Part shown: positions 15,001 to 28,969 of the stretch, piece after piece
Layout of the letters: the number at the start of each line of letters is the position of its first letter
Position numbering within the stretch: position 1 is the stretch's first letter
NCBI GenBank assembly: GCA_964016885.1
Contig: OZ024743.1
Span: 176,142,001 to 176,206,000 of the forward strand
Reading direction: 5' to 3'
Source: Eledone cirrhosa
Taxonomy: Eukaryota
DNA: 64,000 bases
Program-made: the position numbers and the translations under genes
Notes under the pieces: generated by a model
Told to the model about the DNA's origin: nothing
Database searches by the model: none
Seen by the model: only the letters and a program-made list of their open reading frames with translations

Positions 15001-18000
15001 TCGACAATGAGACGCTCGACAATGAGAGGCTCGACAATGAGAGGCTCGACAATGAGACGCTCGACAATGAGACGCTCGACAATGAGACGCTCGACAATGA
15101 GAGGCTCGACAATGAGAGGTTCGACAATGAGACGCTCGACAATGAGACGCTCGACAATTAGACGCTCGACAATGAGACACTCGACAATGAGACGCTCGAC
15201 AATGAGACGCTCGACAATGAGACGCTCGACAATGAGACGCTCGACAATGAGACGCTCGACAATGAGAGGCTCGACAATGAGACGCTCGACAATGAGACGC
15301 TCGACAATGAGAGGCTCGACAATGAGAGGCTCGACAATGAAAGGCTCGACAATGAAAGGCTCGACAATGAGAGGCTCGACAATGAGAGGCTCGACAATGA
15401 GAGGCTCGACAATGAGACGTTCGACAATGATACGCTCGACAATGAGACGCTCGATAATGAGAGGCTCGACAATGAGACGCTCGACAATGAGAGGCTCGCT
15501 AATGAGACGGTCGACAATGAGAGGCTCGACAATGAGAGACTCGACAATGAGACGCTCGACAATGAGACGCTCGACAAAGAGAGGCTCGACGATGAGACGC
15601 TTGACAATGAGAGGCTCGACAATGAGAGGCTCGACAATGAGAGACTCGACAATGAGAGGCTCGACAATGAGAGGCTCGACAATGAGACGCTCGACAATGA
15701 GACGCTCGACAATGAGACGCTCGACAATGAGACGCTCGACAATGAGAGGCTCGACAATGAGAGGCTCGACAATGAGAGGCTCGTCAATGAGAGGCTCGAC
15801 AATGAGACGCTCGACAATGAGAGGCTCGACAATGAGAGGCTCGACAATGAGATGCTCGACAATGAGATGCTCGACAATGAGTGGCTCGACAATGAGACGC
15901 TCGACAATGAGACGCTCGACAATGAGAGGCTCGACAATGAGAGGCTCGACAATGAGACGCTCGACAATGAGAGTCTCGACAATGAGAGGCTCGACAATGA
16001 GACGCTCGACAATGAGACGCTCGACAATGAGAGGCTCGACAATGAGAGGCTCGACAATGGGAGGGTCGACAATGAGAGGCTCGACAATGAGAGGCTCGAC
16101 AATGAGACGCTCGACAATGAAACGCTCGACAATGAGAGGCTCGACAATGAGACGCTCGACAATGGGGCGCTCGACAATGAGAGGCTCGACAATGAGACGC
16201 TCGACAATGAGACGCTCAACAATGAGACGCTCGACAATGAGACGCTCGACAATGAGAGGCTCGACAATGAGACGCTCGACAATGAGAGGCTCGACAATGA
16301 GAGGCTCGACAATGAGACGCTCGACAATGAGACGCTCGACAATGAGAGGCTCGACAATGAGACGCTCGACAATGAGAGGCTCGACAATGAGAGGCTCGAC
16401 AATGAGACGCTCGACAATGAGAGGCTCGACAATGAGAGGCTCGACAATGAGAGGCTCGACAATGAGAGGCTCGACAATGAGAGGCTCGACAATGAGGGGC
16501 TCGACAATGAGAGGCTCGACAATGAGACGCTCGACAATGAGAGGCTCGACAATGAGAGGCTCGACAATGAGACGCTCGACAATGAGAGGCTCGACAATGA
16601 GACGCTCAACAATGCGAGGCTCGACAATGAGAGGCTCGACAATGAGAGGCTCGACAATGAGAGGCTCGACAATGAGAGGCTCGACAATGAGACGCTCGAC
16701 AATGAGAGGCTCGACAATGAGACACTCGACAATGAGAGGCTCGACAATGAGATGCTCGACAATGAGAGGCTCGACAATGAGAGGCTCGACAATGAGACGC
16801 TCGACAATGAGAGGCTCGACAATGAGAGGCTCGACAATGAGACGCTCTACATTGAGAGGCTCGACAATGAGACGCTCGACAATGAGAGGCTCGACAATGA
16901 GGGGCTCGACAATGAGAGGCTCGACAATGAGACGCTCGACAATGAGAGGCTCGACGATGAGACGCTCGACAATGAGAGGCTCGACAATGAGGGGCTCGAC
17001 AATGAGAGGCTCGAAAATGAGACGCTCGACAATGAGAGGCTCGACGATGAGAGGCTCGACAATGAGACGCTCGACAATGAGAGGCTCGACAATGAGACGT
17101 TCGACAATGAGACGCTCGACAATGAGAGGCTCGACAATGAGACGCTCGACAATGAGAGGCTCGACAATGAGAGGCTCGACAATGAGACGTTCGACAATGA
17201 GACGCTCGACAATGAGAGGCTCGACAATGAGACGCTCGACAATGAGAGGCTCGACAATGAGAGGCTCGACAATGAGACGCTCGACAATTAGAGGCTCGAC
17301 AATGAGAGGCTCTACAATGAGACGCTCGGCAATGAGAGGCTCGACAATGGGAGGCTCGACAATGAGAGACTCGAAAATGAGACGCTCGACAATGAGAGGC
17401 TCGATAATGAGAGGCTCGACAATGAGAGGCTCGACAATGAGAGGCTCGACAATGAGAGGCTCGACAATGAGACGCTCGACAATAGGACGCTCGACAATGA
17501 GACGCTCGACAATGAGACGCTCGACAATGAGAGGCTCGACAATGAGACGCTCGACAATGAGACGCTCGACAATGAGACGCTCGACAATGAGAGGCTCGAC
17601 AATGAGACGCTCGACAATGAGAGGCTCGAAAATGAGAGGCTCGACAATGAGAGGCTCGACAATGAGAGACTCGACAATGAGACGCTCGACAATGAGAGGC
17701 TCGACAAAGAGACGCTCGACAATGAGAGGCTCGACAATGAGACGCTCGACAATGAGAGGCTCGCTAATGAGACGGTCGACAATGAAAGGCTCGACAATGA
17801 GAGGCTCGACAATGAGACGCTCGACAATGAGTCGCTCGACAATGAGAGGCTCGACAATGGGACGCTAGACAATGAGAGGCTCGACAATGAGACGCTCGAC
17901 AATGAGAGGCTCGACAATGAGACGCTCGACTATGAGAGGCTCGACAATGAGAGGCTCGACAATGAGACGCTCGACAATGAGACGCTCGACAATGAGTGGC

Positions 18001-21000
18001 TCGACAATGAGAGGCTCGACAATGAGACCCTCGACAATGAGACGCTTGAAAATGAGACGCTCGACAATGAGAGGCTCGACAATGAGAGGCTCGACAATGA
18101 GACGCTCGACAATGAGAGGCTCGACAATGAGACGTTCGACAATGAGAGGCTCGACAATGAGACGCTCGACAATGAGAGGCTCGACAATGAGAGGCTCGAC
18201 AATGAGACGCTCGACAATGAGAGGCTCGACAATGAGACGCTCGACAATGAGACGCTCGACAATGAGAGGCTCGACAATGAGACGCTCGACAAAGAGACGC
18301 TCGACAATGAGACGCTCCACAATGAGACGCTCGACAATGAGACGCTCGACAATGAGAGGCTCGACAATGAGACGCTCGACAATTAGAGGCTCGACAATGA
18401 GAGGCTCGACAATGAGACGCTCGACAATGAGACGCTCGACAATGAGAGGCTCGATAATGAGAGGCTCGACAATGAGAGGCTCGACAATGAGAGGCTCGAC
18501 AATGAGACGCTCGACAATGAGAGGCTCGACCATGAGACGCTCGACAATGAGACGCTCGACAATGAGAGGCTCGACAATGAGACGCTCGACAATGAGAGGC
18601 TCGACAATGAGAGGCTCGACAATGAGACGCTCGACAATGAGACGCTCGACAATGAGACGCTCGACAATGAGAGGCTCGACAATGAGAGGCTCGACAATGA
18701 GACGCTCGACAATGAGACGCTCGACAATTAGACGCTCGACAATGAGACACTCGACAATGAGACGCTCGACAATGAGACGCTCGACAATGAGACGCTCGAC
18801 AATGAGACGCTTGACAATGAGACGCTCGACAATGAGAGGCTCGACAATGAGAGGCTCGACAATGAGAGACTCGAAAATGAGACGCTCGACAATGAGAGGC
18901 TCGACAATGAGAGGTTCGATAATGAGAGGCTCGACAATGAGAGGCTCGACAATGAGAGGCTCGACAATGAGACGCTCGACAATGAGAGGCTCGACAATGA
19001 GACGCTCGACAATGAGAGGCTCGCTAATGAGACGGTCGACAATGAAAGGTTCGACAATGAGAGGCTCGACAATGAGACGCTCGACAATGAGTCGCTCGAC
19101 AATGAGACGCTCGACAATGGGACGCTAGACAATGAGAGGCTCGACAATGAGACGCTCGACTATGAGAGGCTCGACAATGAGAGGCTCGACAATGAGACGC
19201 TCGACAATGAGACGCTCGACAATGAGTGGCTCGACAATGAGAGGCTCGACAATGAGACCCTCGACAATGAGACACTTGAAAATGAGACGCTCGACAATGA
19301 GAGGCTCGACAATGAGAGGCTCGACAATGAGACGCTCGACAATGAGAGGCTCGACAATGAGACGTTCGACAATGAGAGGCTCGACAATGAGACGCTCGAC
19401 AATGAGAGGCTCGACAATGAGAGGCTCGACAATGAGACGCTCGACAATGAGAGGCTCGACAATGAGACGCTCGACAATGAGACGCTCGACAATGAGAGGC
19501 TCGACAATGAGACGCTCGACAAAGAGACGCTCGACAATGAGACGCTCCACAATGAGACGCTCGACAATTAGAGGCTCGACAATGAGAGGCTCGACAATGA
19601 GACGCTCGACAATGAGAGGCTCGACCATGAGACGCTCGACAATGAGACGCTCGACAATGAGAGGCTCGACAATGAGACGCTCGACAATGAGACGCTCGAC
19701 AATGAGAGGCTCGACAATGAGAGGCTCGACAATGAGACGCTCGACAATGAGACGCTCGACAATGAGACGCTCGTCAATGAGAGGCTCGACAATGAGAGGC
19801 TCGACAATGAGACGCTCGACAATGAGACGCTCGACAATGAGAGGCTCGACAATGAGACGCTCGACAATTAGAGGCTCGACAATGAGAGGCTCGACAATGA
19901 GACGCTCGACAATGAGACGCTCGACAATGAGAGGCTCGATAATGAGAGGCTCGACAATGAGAGGCTCGACAATGAGACGCTCGACAATGAGAGGCTCGAC
20001 CATGAGACGCTCGACAATGAGACGCTCGACAATGAGAGGCTCGACAATGAGACGCTCGACAATGAGACGCTCGACAATGAGAGGCTCGACAATGAGAGGC
20101 TCGACAATGAGACGCTCGACAATGAGACGCTCGACAATGAGACGCTCGTCAATGAGAGGCTCGACAATGAGAGGCTCGACAATGAGACGCTCGACAATGA
20201 GACGCTCGACAATTAGACGCTCGACAATGAGACACTCGACAATGAGACGCTCGACAATGAGACGCTCGACAATGAGACGCTCGACAATGAGACGCTCGAC
20301 AATGAGACGCTCGACAATGAGAGGCTCGACAATGAGACGCTCGACAATGAGACGCTCGACAATGAGAGGCTCGACAATGAGAGGCTCGACAATGAAAGGC
20401 TCGACAATGAAAGGCTCGACAATGAGAGGCTCGACAATGAGAGGCTCGACAATGAGAGGCTCGACAATGAGACGTTCGACAATGAGACGCTCGACAATGA
20501 GACGCTCGACAATGAGAGGCTCGACAATGAGACGCTCGACAATGAGAGGCTCGCTAATGAGACGGTCGACAATGAGAGGCTCGACAATGAGAGACTCGAC
20601 AATGAGACGCTCGACAATGAGACGCTCGACAAAGAGAGGCTCGACGATGAGACGCTTGACTATGAGAGGCTCGACAATGAGAGGCTCGACAATGAGAGAC
20701 TCGACAATGAGAGGCTCGACAATGAGACGCTCGACAATGAGACGCTCGACAATGAGACGCTCGGCAATGAGACGCTCGACAATGAGACGCTCGACAATGA
20801 GAGGCTCGACAATGAGAGGCTCGACAATGAGAGGCTCGACAATGAGAGGCTCGACAATGAGACGCTCGACAATGAGAGGCTCGACAATGAGAGGCTCGAC
20901 AATGAGATGCTCGACAATGAGAGGCTCGACAATGAGTGGCTCGACAATGAGACGCTCGACAATGAGAGGCTCGACAATGAGAGGCTCGACAATGAGAGGC

Positions 21001-21142
21001 TCGACAATGAGAGGCTCGACAATGAGAGGCTCGACAATGAGACGCTCGACAATGAGAGGCTCGACAATGAGAGGCTCGACAATGAGACGCTCGACAATGA
21101 GACGCTTGACAATGAGAGGCTCGACAATGAGAGGCTCGACAA
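1..21142. repeat. 15-bp satellite array, consensus GCTCGACAATGAGA(G/C), with higher-order repeats; runs off the left edge of the window
   Basis: Uninterrupted 15-bp periodicity for 21 kb. One dimorphic G/C site plus rare variant units that recur in order. Abrupt end at ...GCTCGACAAGAATTGG. Confidence 0.98.
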
Positions 21143-21211
21143 GAATTGGTATGCTGGAATTGCACACTCGCTCGAACACACAATATCGTATCAATATCAA
21201 TTATACTATTT

Positions 21212-21218
21212 CTCTCTC

Positions 21219-21291
<73 letters not shown>

Positions 21292-21383
21292 CTCCCACTC
21301 TTACTCTTTCTCTTTCTATCTCCCCCCCCCCTCTCTCCCTCTTTATATATATATATACTTATATATATATATATATATATACT

Positions 21384-21436
<53 letters not shown>

Positions 21437-21686
21437 TTGTATATATATATATATATATATATATATACTTGTATATATATATATATATATATATATGAGT
21501 TCGATTCCTGGACCAGGCGATGCGTTAAGTCCTTGATCAAGACATTTTATTTCACGTTGCTCCTTCTACCTGGAGTTGCGACCGATAGATAGTATTATCA
21601 ATTGGAAAGACCAACGGAAACACTGTTCCCTCGGTCCGATTTGACGAAAGTCGATCGTTCCTTAAATATATATATATATATATACT

Positions 21687-21723
<37 letters not shown>

Positions 21724-21746
21724 TTGTATATATATATATATATACT

Positions 21747-21791
<45 letters not shown>

Positions 21792-21812
21792 TTGTATATA
21801 TATATATATACT

Positions 21813-21855
<43 letters not shown>

Positions 21856-21980
21856 TTGTATATATATATATATACTTGTATATATATATATATATACTTG
21901 TATATATATATATATATATATATATACTTGTATATATATATATACTTGTATATATATATATATATATATATTTATATACT

Positions 21981-22019
<39 letters not shown>

Positions 22020-22027
22020 TTGTATAT
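21212..22027. repeat. (CT)n followed by (TA)n tracts punctuated by CTTG (compound microsatellite), interrupted by a SINE
   Basis: Directly visible; the motif TATACTTGTATA recurs many times. Confidence 0.9.
21497..21660 (+). mobile_element. 5'-truncated tRNA-derived SINE (same family as 59411-59627)
   Basis: Starts at B box GAGTTCGATTCC and aligns by eye with the reverse complement of 59411-59580. Confidence 0.85.
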
Positions 22028-22156
22028 GTAATTGGTGTGGGATGCTTAAAGCGTACGTAAGCGGTAGGCTGTTTGAGCACACGAAACTCTTACAGAGCAG
22101 AGTATGATATCACGTAAGAAACGGAGAATCAGTGGTGCGACGAATAAAATTTATTA

Positions 22157-22251
22157 GACATATTACAATCGTTTCTCTGGCGAGCAGCTCGAGGCACGAT
22201 CGACGCAATGATCGAACCTGACTCTGAAATTGCAAGATGCTCAGATACGTC
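22157..22251 (-). ncRNA. Degenerate type I hammerhead ribozyme motif in a Penelope-like repeat
   Basis: Minus strand: GACGTAT-CTGAGCA(G8>C)-TCTTGC...GCCAGA-GAAA-CGATT-GTA^ATATGTC-T-AATAAA. 7-bp stem I. Flank 22030-22140 resembles 41130-41245. Confidence 0.55.
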
Positions 22252-22902
22252 TCGATTCTTCGAAGCACATTTTCCAAATGTCCTGTTACACCCGCGGCCT
22301 TCACTCACCAGTTTAAATCCTGTTGTTGTCTGTCGATGAGTGGTCAAGAGTTGTACACCTCATCGGTATTTTTGGCCACTCATGGCCGTCATTTATCTGG
22401 TTCCTTTCATATGCCACCTGTCAATCAAAGTTGTTTCTGATATCGGAATTACTATGGTTGGAGGTAACAAAATTATCATAAAACAAGTGAAAATACAAAC
22501 AGAATATCATAAACAAAAAATCATAAACAAAAAATATCATAAACAGAAAAAGGTGGTGTGTTGGTGTACGTGTGTGTGTGCATGTCAGTTTGAGAGTTTG
22601 GGGAAGAATGAGGATCCATGTTCGGGTAATAGGGAAACCAGTGTCTACATGGGGTGTAAGTGAGTGTGAGTGTGCGTGTGGATGGAGAGGGGTCAGAGGG
22701 GCTGGGAGAGAGGGGTATGTGCAGAGTCCGGTGGTCAAGTGTGTGTATGTGAGGATACGTGCGCGTGTGTGTGTTTTTGTGTGGTGTGGATGTATGGTTG
22801 CGTGTGTGCGAAAATAGTGTGTAGTGAAATACGAGCTGGACCATAACTCACCAGAATAATCGATACTTGGGGTAGTAGAGTGGGTAATTGGAAAAGATTA
22901 AA

Positions 22903-22991
22903 GACCCCGACGGCTAAGCTCCGGCCGTTTCGACAGCTAGATCGGAACTGAGTTTGGATATAGCTGTCGAAACGGCCGGAGCTCAGCCGTC
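22903..22991. mobile_element. 31-bp-arm hairpin made of two inverted 3' halves of a hammerhead (family of 46092 and 59946)
   Basis: 22909-22939 is the near-perfect reverse complement of 22961-22991. Each arm reads TAGCTGTC-GAAA-CGGCCGGAGCT(C/T)AGCC-GTC. Confidence 0.75.
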
Positions 22992-23030
22992 TGTGTTCTG
23001 AATCATTTTCACATATACATACATATATAC

Positions 23031-23076
<46 letters not shown>

Positions 23077-23080
<4 letters not shown>

Positions 23081-23236
23081 GGACACACTGGAAGAGGAAG
23101 ACCTAGGTTAACGTATGTTGATGCCCTAAGGACAGACACTAGTCTGTTGGAGACGCAGGACATGGCAGCGATAATGAGGGACAGAGACCGCTGGAGAGAA
23201 CTCGTCCATGGATCTCGGGAATTTTACCCGCCCTAG
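23077..23236 (+). mobile_element. RTE-type LINE 3' stub
   Basis: Encodes HGHTGRGRPRLTYVDALRTDT...RDRDRWRELVHGSREFYPP*. Near-identical to 24515-24670 and 49051-49210. Flanked by (TA)n. Confidence 0.85.
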
Positions 23237-23460
23237 ATATATATATATATATATATATATACTTATAGGTTGTGTACATAGTTGTTTGTTTAACATATCT
23301 TTCACACATATATATAGCCCTCGAGAAAAGTTTATGAACATTTTCAGACGCAATTAAAATGTGTGAGCTTTGAAGGGATTTGTTAGAGGAGCGCAAATAT
23401 GAGTGTGCATATAACTCATTTCAAACATCTATAAATATCACAGCAAAAGTAATAGGCATC

Positions 23461-23564
<104 letters not shown>

Positions 23565-23723
23565 GTATATATATATATATGTATATGTATATGTATATAT
23601 ATATATATATGGGTATACATATATTTATATGTACCTATGTATGTATGTATGTATGAATGTATGTATGAGTGTGTGTGTATCAGTGTGTGATCAGCAATCA
23701 TAATGAGGATGGCTCTCTTTCTC

Positions 23724-23834
<111 letters not shown>

Positions 23835-24002
23835 GATAGAGAGATTAAAATACATGGTGGTTATATTAAAGCAAAAGGCGAGAGGAAAGAAAAGCTGTTT
23901 AAAAGATATAAAACAGTGTAATACATGTATAAATAAATATGTGGCCATTAGTAGTATTCCTAAAGATGAAAGGATAAATCGCATGTTCAGTTTGGTATAT
24001 AC

Positions 24003-24083
<81 letters not shown>

Positions 24084-24210
24084 TACATATATACATACAT
24101 GTAATATTCATATATAGTAATAATAATATAGTAATAATGAATTTGAAGACTAAAATCCAAAGAGAGCTCGATAAGGATAAATATATATCAGATATATAAG
24201 AACCGTAGAG

Positions 24211-24266
<56 letters not shown>

Positions 24267-24514
24267 TAAAGTCGTAGAATTTTTAGGAAATCCGAACGCA
24301 GAAAATAACTATAACCATAGACGTTTGGTATAAGTAATACCTCGGAGTCTCGCGTAAAATTCTTTTGAATCAAAATTCATTACTCGATATGATTAGCTGA
24401 TGAGCGGAAAAATTTGTATTTATTTTTCCCTTCCATTATATATATATATTTATATATATATTTTATATATATATTTATATATACATTTTCCTATATTTAT
24501 ATATATATCTTCTT

Positions 24515-24876
24515 CTAGGGCGGGTAAAATTCCCGAGATCCATGGACGAGTTCTCTCCAGCGGTCTCTGTGCCCCAATATCGCTGCCATGTCCTGCGCCT
24601 CCAACAGACCAGTGTCTGCCCATAGGGCATCAACATACGTTAACCTTGCTCTTCCTGTTCCAGTGTGTCCATGTAGGGGCTCCCACAGGAGCACTGAGTA
24701 AATGTCAACTCTGGATGTCGGTGAGCACGTCCAGCTAACCTCAGTCTCCTCTGTGTCACTTTTGAGCTGACTTTTGGAATGCTCCCATACAGCTCTGAGG
24801 TTTCATCCTCAGTGTATACTGATTAATGTTCAGAGCCATCCTCAGTATTCTCGTGTAGCGCCCATCCACCATCTGT

Positions 24877-24879
<3 letters not shown>
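24515..24879 (-). mobile_element. RTE-type LINE 3' fragment
   Basis: Aligns along its length with 49051-49415; (TA)n on both sides. Confidence 0.85.
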
Positions 24880-24952
<73 letters not shown>

Positions 24953-24972
24953 CCTATACATGTAAACACAGC

Positions 24973-25016
<44 letters not shown>

Positions 25017-25123
25017 TATATATATATATATACATGATATGTATTATTAGTACAGATTAATTTTAACTGAAGCATTTCCTTTTTGATCCCTCTCCCGATA
25101 TTTATCTTTAAATTTATTATTAT

Positions 25124-25206
<83 letters not shown>

Positions 25207-25282
25207 TGTGTGTGTGTGTGTATGTATGTGCGTGTGTGTGTGTGTGTTTGCATGTGTAGATATATACATATATATATATATA

Positions 25283-25671
25283 TTTGGTCGTGTTGGAATC
25301 CTCAACAATGCAGATGGGTAAGTCTCCGGGTAACATGATCCGGTGGTGAAGAGAGAGATGTAAGGGAAGTTCGTCACAAACAGCGAACAGCAGAGGACAC
25401 GTACCGTTCCTCTCCGACAGAAACCCCCCCCCCCCCCCCCCCCCCGAAAATCCCCAGTTGATGGATGCGAATCCAAAATATAGGGACAATTAAATCTCTC
25501 TGAAGGTAATTCTATTTCGTGTTATTATTTTAATTTTTTACGCTCTCTCCTACGTTCCTCTACACACTATACATCTCATTCTACATTCTCTTACATCTCT
25601 CTCTTCACCACCGGATCTTGTTACCCGGAGAGTTACCCATCTGCATTGTTGAGGCTTCCAAAACGACCAAA
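25283..25671. mobile_element. Element with about 80-bp terminal inverted repeats (MITE or inverted Penelope-like end)
   Basis: 25283-25364 is the reverse complement of 25590-25671 with few mismatches. Confidence 0.7.
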
Positions 25672-25718
25672 AGAAAATAAATCTTATTATTCCACAATGC
25701 TTCAAACAAACTTCAATA

Positions 25719-25803
<85 letters not shown>

Positions 25804-25849
25804 ATGTATGTATTTCTGCATATTAGAATGCTTCATAGTATCCGTACCA

Positions 25850-25952
25850 TCTCATTGCATGCTCTGAGCTCAAGATCCGCCGTGGTCAACTTTGCCTTTC
25901 ATCCTTTCGATGTCGATAAAAAAGTACCAGTCCAGTCCAGTACTGGGGTTGA
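25850..25952 (+). mobile_element. SINE fragment (same family as the 55920-56800 copies)
   Basis: Contains GGTCAACTTTGCCTTTCATCCTTTCGATGTCGATAAAAAAGTACCAGT. Confidence 0.7.
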
Positions 25953-26390
25953 TTCTTCCTCTGTAGAAAAAACTGGCTGTGTTCAGAGCTAGAGAGGGTT
26001 GGGCTCCGCCAAGTTTAAAGGTGCCCTAGACACACCGTATAACGGTACCTCTACGACCCCACAAAGGGTTATGGGATCTTTAACCTTTATAATATATCCG
26101 CATATGCATGTAAGTTTGTATTTGTGTATATAGTTACAAACACACGCACATGCACACACTCACAGACATGCACCCACGCTTATGTGTGTGTGTCTATCTA
26201 TATACATGTGTGTGTGATTGTGTGTGCATGTGTGTATATGCAAATACATATCAATGTATTTTCATATGATATATTACAGTCTGTACACTGCTTATTAAAA
26301 CTGTCAGACATAATTCAAAAGATTTTTAATCTTTACTTTACTATTTCACGAACACACTAAAAAAATGAGTAAATTTTATTTTACTATATG

Positions 26391-26481
<91 letters not shown>

Positions 26482-26596
26482 GTGTGTGTGTATGCGTGCG
26501 CGTGTGTGAATGCGTGTGCGTGCGTGTGTAGTTGTTTGTCAGTGCGTAGGTTTGGACATGTACATGCATACGTAAAACATATATATATATATATTG

Positions 26597-26658
<62 letters not shown>

Positions 26659-26785
26659 TATATATATATATATATATATTATATTATATATATATATATA
26701 TATATTATATTATATATATATATATATATATATTATATTATATATATATATATATATATTATATTATATATATATATATATATAT

Positions 26786-26865
<80 letters not shown>

Positions 26866-27183
26866 ATGTGTGTGTGCGTGCGTGTGCTTGTATGTTTATG
26901 TGATATGAATTAATTTGACTTAATTTGAGACTACCATCTGCTGTTACTTACAATCCTGCCATTACACTTTAATAGCGCAACACCTTATATAACACCATAC
27001 CGCCATCTCAGCTTTAAATTATCGCAAACATACACACATCCTCACACACACTTGTATTAGTGTATGTATCATATATATTACACAGTGAATGTGTTAATCA
27101 TCACACATGTATGTTATAACTATATAATGTATCTATACGTGTACGTTATATACATGTATATATGTGTGTGTATATATATATAC

Positions 27184-27216
<33 letters not shown>

Positions 27217-27245
27217 CATATATATATATATATATATTATATATA

Positions 27246-27277
<32 letters not shown>

Positions 27278-27510
27278 CACACACACGCGCACACGCACAC
27301 GCGCGCGCACACGCACATATGTATGTATGTATGTATATATGTAGCGATATGCGCAGGTTTGAAAACGGAAAGCAGGGCTCAATCGGGAAGAGAGCTGACA
27401 TATTTATTTATGTTCATACACGGATCAAAATCGCTACCTAAGGTTTCAAGGCCCAATATTCACCATGTTTCCAGACTGGAAGAGGGATCAAAATTGTGAC
27501 ACACACACAT

Positions 27511-27790
27511 ATATATGCAAAAGTTATATTTAATTTGTTGGGATTCAACAAGCTTAAAAGTTTTATAACTTATATGAAGCACTGAACAGATTACCGGAGT
27601 AAATATTCAATATATTAATACATGGAAACTATATTTATAACACCATAATTATTTAATTATATATATTTCAAGGGGAACCAAGGCAAATTTTGGTGTGCTT
27701 TCATCAGATAAAATACAAAATTTGTTTTATAAATGTTGACATACCCGTAGAAAATCAACCTTTAAGGTTGAAAGTTCTCTGGATATATAT
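27511..27790 (-). mobile_element. Short hammerhead-bearing Penelope-like repeat (second copy at about 59145-59400 on +)
   Basis: Reverse complement aligns by eye with 59145-59400; contains the HHR at 27650-27715. Confidence 0.75.
27650..27715 (-). ncRNA. Type I hammerhead ribozyme, canonical core
   Basis: TATTTTAT-CTGATGA-AAG...CTT-GAAA-TATAT-ATA^ATTAAATA; 7 of 8 stem I pairs. Confidence 0.75.
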
Positions 27791-28969
27791 ATATATATAT
27801 CCAGAGAACTTTCAACCGTAAAGTTATATACAATATATAGTACAATATATAGTCATATAGTGGGCCTGGTATATGTAGTAGGGAAAAATTCCTAAATTCT
27901 AAAACGTGGTTTTTACTTTTAACGTACTTTTTCAGCCTGAAACTGCATAATAGAAGGTAGAATATTATAACCCATTCTTTTCCCGAGTTCTCCTCTTACA
28001 TTAAATAGTTTCAAATAGTTCTCCTCTTACATCAAATAATTTCCTCTCTATAAGAGTTTTTATTTATGATACTCCTTGATCATTTTGCTATGGTTTTGTT
28101 ATACTCTGTTGTATAACACATTTTTTCAAAAGGAACAAGATGATGAAATCTCCAATACTGGAGAGTGCTACGTCGTCAACTAATTTTGCATGTCTGTATC
28201 ATTTAAATCTCACGTAAATGTCCAAAGTAACTCGGAAATAGTAACAGATGTGTTTAGTGCCCATCTGATCAAAATAAATAAATAAAAAAGAATGAAATCT
28301 GCAGAAGTGTTAATGTTTAACACACAATAGTGATAAAATGCCCATAAAAATCTAGGAATCATTAAATCAGAGAGCATAATGTAGAAGTATGGCTCTGTTG
28401 ACGATAGTACTCTGCGTGACAAGTCGCTTGACTATATGAACTTTACAATGAGGCGGTTAAGCAGAGCAACAAGATGGGCTGTAAAACTATCAAAGTTTGG
28501 TTTTATAGCTTTGTATCGCGTTACAACCTAAGGAAGAATAAGACAACCGCAGCATTGATGTCGGTTGCTACGGAAGCAGCTGGTGGGAATTCACAGAAAG
28601 CCTTAAAGACGCAATGGAGATGAAAGGCTACTGTCAAAGGCAAGACATCGACTGTGTTGAATCCGGCTTTTTCTGGAAGAAAATACCGATTCTTAACGCA
28701 ATTAATTAAAGTGCCAACCACTCCCTAGACTTTAAGGCATGAATGGATCGTCATTCCCTAGAATTATATGACAATGATGCTAGTTCTATGATTAATCTAG
28801 GGGGAAATATACCAGTACCCTTCAGAATATAGAAAGCAAATATGTTCTACCCTTTTTCTGTCAACACAATAGGAAAACATGTGTCATGGTCCTTTTGTTC
28901 TTAAATAGGTTTTAGCCCGGTTTTATACCTGACATAAAGAAATTGCTCGAGAAGGGGATTCTGCATCCT

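Noticed and set aside
1-21536. Long ORFs encoding [25 protein letters not shown] or RASHC repeats (possible pentapeptide-repeat protein)
   Set aside because: A 15-bp unit is open in five frames by arithmetic. Indel units shift frame and AATTAG variants add stops. There is no unique N- or C-terminal domain. The G/C site being synonymous in the RASHC frame is expected by chance.
24390-24425. Hammerhead core CTGATGAGCGGAAA
   Set aside because: No room for stem II and no stem I complementarity.
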